From NCBI GenBank assembly GCA_964005815.1, contig CAXFSR010000017.1, positions 64,001 to 128,000 on the forward strand: 64,000 bases of DNA, read 5' to 3'. Below, piece by piece: positions 60,012 through 64,000 of this stretch. The notes under the pieces are model-generated. The model saw only the letters and a program-made list of their open reading frames with translations. It did not search any database and was not told the DNA's origin. This stretch comes from an uncultured Nitrospinaceae bacterium (GTDB taxonomy: Bacteria > UBA8248). Within the stretch, counting starts at the first letter, position 1. Each line of letters opens with the position of its first letter. Made by a program: the position numbers and the translations under genes.

Positions 60012-60668
60012 TTACTTTTCTCCAATATATTTCTTATATTTTTTCTGAGATGCTTCAGAACGTCTTGAAGATTCTGGAGTTTTCACTTCAAGGATGTAAG
60101 GTCTTTCAACCGTTGTTTCAATGACAGCATTTAAGAGACCCTGATCATCTACTCCCTCCCAGTCACCTTCTTCTAACTTTAGAAATAATGGTTTGCCTTT
60201 TTCAAAATAGAGAGTTGGCACACCAAACACGCCCCAAGTTTCTTCTGCTTCCATATGATCGTCAGCTACTTGTGAAATTCCACTTCCATTTTTCATATCC
60301 TCTTCCCACCTACCGACATCTAATCCAGACTGAATCGCAATGTCTCTTAGGACTAGTTGATTAGTTATATCTTTTTTATCAACGTGCTTTGCCCTATGAA
60401 GTTGCAGATGATATGCAGAAAATACTTCTTCTCCCTGTAAGGCAGCACATTTAGCAGCTTCATGAGAAGGCATATCTCTACTAGGAAAAGTTCTATCTTT
60501 CCATGCTTTCCACTTCGGTCCTCTCACTTTACCAAAATTCATTTGTTCAAGTACAAATGCTTTATACGTTACTTTCAAATCAGATTGAACTTCCATCAAA
60601 CGTGTAAGCCACTCCGTGGCTCTATATGCATACGGTCAAACATAACAATTCCACATCACAATATTCAT
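60012..60668 (-). CDS. DsbA/FrnE-family thioredoxin-fold protein, probable selenoprotein (218 aa, Sec at codon 11)
   Basis: AAAGGA RBS then ATG 60668 reads MNIVMWNCYV-TGA-PYAYRATEWLTRL in frame into the tracked ORF; C-terminal GVFGVPT cis-Pro motif; SECIS-like hairpin after the TGA. Confidence 0.85.
60606..60638 (-). promoter_or_regulatory. Putative bacterial SECIS element (UGA plus downstream hairpin)
   Basis: UGA at 60638-60636, then CCGUAUGCAUAUA-GAGCCAC-GGA-GUGGCUU; G-initiated apical loop 20 nt after the UGA. Confidence 0.7.
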
Positions 60669-60857
60669 ATCCAATCCTTTAAATTTGATGAAGTAATATT
60701 CAGTAATTATACCTCAAGGATTTCAAAGTTCATATCAATGAATTGAAATATCCGGCTTGCTAAAGTTGACATTTACAGAAATTAAGAACATAAGTTCGAG
60801 TGCTATACAAAATAGCATACAAGGAAACTCAAGTTTAAATAAAAGGAAAAGATTTTA

Positions 60858-62270
60858 ATGGTCGAATCACCATTTTTAAAACTCGGTCTCATATCACCTC
60901 TTGAAAAAAGACTAATAGAGAAAAAATACAGCAATCCTACTCCTATTCAAGAAAAAACGATTTCTAAGCTTCTTGAAGGAAATGATCTTTTGGGAATAGC
61001 ACAAACGGGCAGTGGAAAAACAGCTGCATTTTCTCTTCCCATCCTGCAGCACATATCTTTAGATATAATGAAAAAGAAATCAGACAAAATTCAAAATGGG
61101 CATAAAGAAAAACGAAAACCTATACCTAGAGCATTAATCGTTGCACCTACCAGAGAACTTGCTCTACAAATTGGCAAAAGTATCGAATCCTATGGTCAAT
61201 ACACCTCTGTAAGTCATACTGTTATTTACGGAGGAATAAAACAACTTTATCAAGTTGCAGCTCTCACTAGAGGTGTAGATATTATTATTGCCACACCAGG
61301 TCGATTACTAGATCTTATTCAACAAGGATATGTAGATCTCGAGAACATTTCTCATCTTGTATTAGATGAAGCCGATCTTATGTTAGACATGGGTTTTATT
61401 AAAGATATAGAAAAAATATTGAAGAATCTACCATTTAAGAAACAGACTATGCTTTTCTCTGCAACAATGCCGGAAGAAGTGAGTAAATTGGCAAAAAATA
61501 TTTTAAATAATCCTATACGTGTAGATGTTACACCTAAAAAAATAATCTTAGACCAAATCAAACAATATGTTTATTTAATCGATACTCAAAATAAGATGAA
61601 TCTTCTTTTTGACCTTTTAAAGAGTAAAAAAATGACTCATACAATTATTTTCAGGAAAACAAAAAGAGGGGCTAATTATTTAGGACAAAAACTTCATCGT
61701 TCAGGTTTCAGAGCGGAAACAATTCATGGTGACAAAACACAATCTGCTCGACAAAGAGCACTTAGACAATTTGAAAAGGGACGAGCAAGGATACTTGTAG
61801 CGACCGATGTGGCAGCTCGTGGGATAGATTTTTCTAGAGTAAGTCATGTTATAAACTATGAATTGCCAAATATTCCTGAAAATTACATACACCGAATAGG
61901 TAGAACTGCAAGAGCGGGCTCAGAGGGGATAGCTTATTCATTTTGTGATGTTTCTGAGATGAGTTTTTTAAGAAATATAGAAAAGAAATCGAAACAGAAG
62001 ATTCAAATTTCACCTCATTCCTATGAAAATCAGAAGAAAACAGAGGTAAAAACCGACAATTTCAAAAAAAATCAAAAAAAAATAAAATCTACAAAACCGG
62101 CAAATTCTACTAGCAAAGAAAAAACCTGGCCTAAGAGAAATAAAAGAAGATTTGAAAAACCTCAGCAAGAAAAAAAATCAGAACAATCAACACCGAACAA
62201 AAATAAACGAGGAATAAATACACCTAAAGAAAAGAAAAAGTTTTTTTCCCATAAAAAGAAGAAGTTTTAA
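60858..62270 (+). CDS. DEAD-box RNA helicase (RhlE-like) with basic C-terminal tail
   Basis: PTPIQ, AQTGSGKT, PTRELA, TPGRL, DEAD, SAT, ARGID, HRIGRTAR. Confidence 0.95.
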   Translation: MVESPFLKLGLISPLEKRLIEKKYSNPTPIQEKTISKLLEGNDLLGIAQTGSGKTAAFSLPILQHISLDIMKKKSDKIQNGHKEKRKPIPRALIVAPTRELALQIGKSIESYGQYTSVSHTVIYGGIKQLYQVAALTRGVDIIIATPGRLLDLIQQGYVDLENISHLVLDEADLMLDMGFIKDIEKILKNLPFKKQTMLFSATMPEEVSKLAKNILNNPIRVDVTPKKIILDQIKQYVYLIDTQNKMNLLFDLLKSKKMTHTIIFRKTKRGANYLGQKLHRSGFRAETIHGDKTQSARQRALRQFEKGRARILVATDVAARGIDFSRVSHVINYELPNIPENYIHRIGRTARAGSEGIAYSFCDVSEMSFLRNIEKKSKQKIQISPHSYENQKKTEVKTDNFKKNQKKIKSTKPANSTSKEKTWPKRNKRRFEKPQQEKKSEQSTPNKNKRGINTPKEKKKFFSHKKKKF

Positions 62271-62842
62271 AGAGCTTTTTCTAAAAATGAAAGCGTAAAT
62301 TCTGGAAGTTCTATTTCCATTGCAGCTTTCTTCCCTTGTTCAGACATTTTCACTAAAGTTTTCTTAACAATATCTATAACCTTTTCTTCCTCATGTTTTC
62401 TAGCAAAATCCACGAAATAATGTTCTAAGAAAACAAGACAAATTATATCTTCTAAAAGCTGAGTTTCAGGATCTTTTTTTAATTTATGTTTTTTAATGAT
62501 TGAACTTACACGATTTATAAAATCTTCTTTATACCCAACTACTTTCAAAATAGCGGAAACTTTATCTGCATGAAAAGAATAAAGTTTTATTCTCCATTGT
62601 AAATATCCTTTCCTATCATTAGAAAATTCGTTTCTAGGTATTTCCCACCTAGATATATGATGTCCTCTTACCGCAATTTTCATAATATCAGAAGATTCTG
62701 GTGCAAATATATCTAGTCTTTCTGACATCCTCTTTGAATATAAAAATTCTTTAGGATATTTTTCATTATCAAGAAATTCAAAATTAGGATCTTTTCTATT
62801 TTCATCATCAATAATTGAAATAGCTCTCTCTAATTTTCCCAT
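62267..62842 (-). CDS. DUF4202 family protein
   Basis: ID..N..DPN, E.LYS.RM, H..RWEIPR, GYLQWR, LED..CLVFLE.Y, KMS..G. Confidence 0.85.
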   Translation of the reverse strand: MGKLERAISIIDDENRKDPNFEFLDNEKYPKEFLYSKRMSERLDIFAPESSDIMKIAVRGHHISRWEIPRNEFSNDRKGYLQWRIKLYSFHADKVSAILKVVGYKEDFINRVSSIIKKHKLKKDPETQLLEDIICLVFLEHYFVDFARKHEEEKVIDIVKKTLVKMSEQGKKAAMEIELPEFTLSFLEKAL

Positions 62843-62984
62843 TTCACCAATTTCTCTTATACTTTAAATTAAATACCTTAGTATTTTTATATGTTATATA
62901 TCAATAAAGATTGACAAAACAGTTAATATTAATGTAAATAATACCTTACTTGTTAGTTTTTAAAAATATTGAAACCAAAAAATA

Positions 62985-63839
62985 ATGAAAAACAACAAAA
63001 AAGAAAAAAAATCGACAGTATATATAGTAGGGGCTGGGCCAGGAGATCCAGAACTAATTACCCTAAAAGCTTTAAAAATTTTAAAAATCGCAGACGTAGT
63101 GATTTATGACAAATTACTAAATTCAGAAATCCTTAATTACTGTGATTCGAACTGCAAGTTTATCTTTGCTGGAAAATCAGTTGATCATCATACAATTCCA
63201 CAAAAAGATATTAATAAGTTAATCATAGATTTCGCAAGAGATAATAAGACTGTTGTTAGGCTCAAAGGAGGAGATCCTTTTGTTTTCGGCAGAGGCGGAG
63301 AGGAAGCTCTAGAGTTAAAAAAAGTAAATATTCCTTTTGAAATTGTACCAGGAGTTACTTCTGCGATTGCCGCACCGGCTTTTGCAGGAATTCCTGTAAC
63401 CCACAGAGGGATATCCTCAAGTGTTACATTTATTACGGGTCATGAAGACCCATATAAAAAAACCGAACATCTTGATTATAGCCATTTAGCGAAAGACAAA
63501 GGAACTCTTGTCTTCTTAATGTCTGCACGTTCGATAGGGCGTATTTCTTTTACTCTAATTAAAAACGGTATGCCTAAAGAAACTCCAATTGCAATCATTG
63601 AAAATGCTACAAAAGATTCTCAAAGAAATTTCTCAGATACACTAGTGAATGCTGTAACACTCGCTGAAAAAGAAGAAATTGCATCTCCCGCAATCTTTGT
63701 TGTCGGAAATGTTGCAAAACTTAGCGATGAATTGGATTGGTTCAAAAAAGAGATGAAGTTAAATTCCAAAGAATTAGGACCAGAAAGCTATAAAATCAGT
63801 CCTTATTATGAAATTAAAAAATTACAATTATCGAAATAA
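62985..63839 (+). CDS. cobA: Uroporphyrinogen-III C-methyltransferase
   Basis: VGAGPGDPELITLKA, VRLKGGDPFVFGRGGEE, PGVTS, GIPVTHRG, TGHED. Confidence 0.95.
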   Translation: MKNNKKEKKSTVYIVGAGPGDPELITLKALKILKIADVVIYDKLLNSEILNYCDSNCKFIFAGKSVDHHTIPQKDINKLIIDFARDNKTVVRLKGGDPFVFGRGGEEALELKKVNIPFEIVPGVTSAIAAPAFAGIPVTHRGISSSVTFITGHEDPYKKTEHLDYSHLAKDKGTLVFLMSARSIGRISFTLIKNGMPKETPIAIIENATKDSQRNFSDTLVNAVTLAEKEEIASPAIFVVGNVAKLSDELDWFKKEMKLNSKELGPESYKISPYYEIKKLQLSK

Positions 63840-63863
63840 TAACGCACTTGCGTTTAGGAGAAT

Positions 63864-64000
63864 ATGATGGAAGAAAATCTTAGAGATACATCGGGGAAAG
63901 TATCGTTACCTGTCATCCCGATCTATGAAGAGGAATTTGATGATTTCGAAACAGAAGTGACAAAATTCCATTCAGGCAATATCCCTGACAACGAATTTAC
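63864..64000 (+). CDS. 5' fragment of a probable siroheme sulfite/nitrite reductase (runs off the window)
   Basis: AGGAG RBS, open frame MMEENLRDTSGKVSLPVIPIYEEEFDDFETEVTKFHSGNIPDNEF; resembles N-termini of siroheme reductases from memory; directly follows cobA; not in the ORF track. Confidence 0.6.
   Translation, partial: MMEENLRDTSGKVSLPVIPIYEEEFDDFETEVTKFHSGNIPDNEF

Noticed and set aside
60462..60746. 94-aa plus-strand ORF over the DsbA 5' region
   Set aside because: No recognisable motif; antisense to the better-supported Sec read-through frame
1..64000. CRISPR arrays, rRNA, IS elements, prophage
   Set aside because: None seen by eye; intergenic gaps are short (about 300 nt or less) and lack periodic repeats

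Overview
AT-rich bacterial chromosome segment with about 65 CDS and one tRNA. I saw no rRNA, CRISPR array, integrase, transposase or prophage. Housekeeping genes are dam, pdxA, a CCA-adding-type enzyme, a pyrR-like gene, aroA, rimI, pgi, gap-pgk-tpiA-secG, tRNA-Leu(GAG), def, an M16 peptidase pair, yqeY, a DEAD-box helicase and cobA, plus the 5' end of a probable sulfite/nitrite reductase. They are interleaved with many paralogous catabolic enzymes: three MDR quinone reductases, three FrsA/DHPON-hydrolase-like alpha/beta hydrolases, two tandem AACS-like acyl-CoA ligases, a TAXI-TRAP transporter, VOC/MBL/LLM enzymes, a ComDE-like decarboxylase, a hydantoinase/oxoprolinase pair and a LeuCD-like dehydratase. 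There is also an ArnT/GT2/LAB-N aminosugar envelope-modification operon. This content resembles a heterotroph that scavenges organic matter (inference; taxonomy cannot be fixed from this window). The strongest hidden signal is at the DsbA-fold gene, which the ORF track truncates (60012..60599). It extends to an RBS-preceded ATG at 60668 through an in-frame TGA at the active-site Cys position (C-Y-V-U-P-Y), followed by a SECIS-like hairpin. This makes it a probable selenoprotein heading an operon with DUF971 and an active-site-divergent [4Fe-4S] LeuCD-like enzyme.
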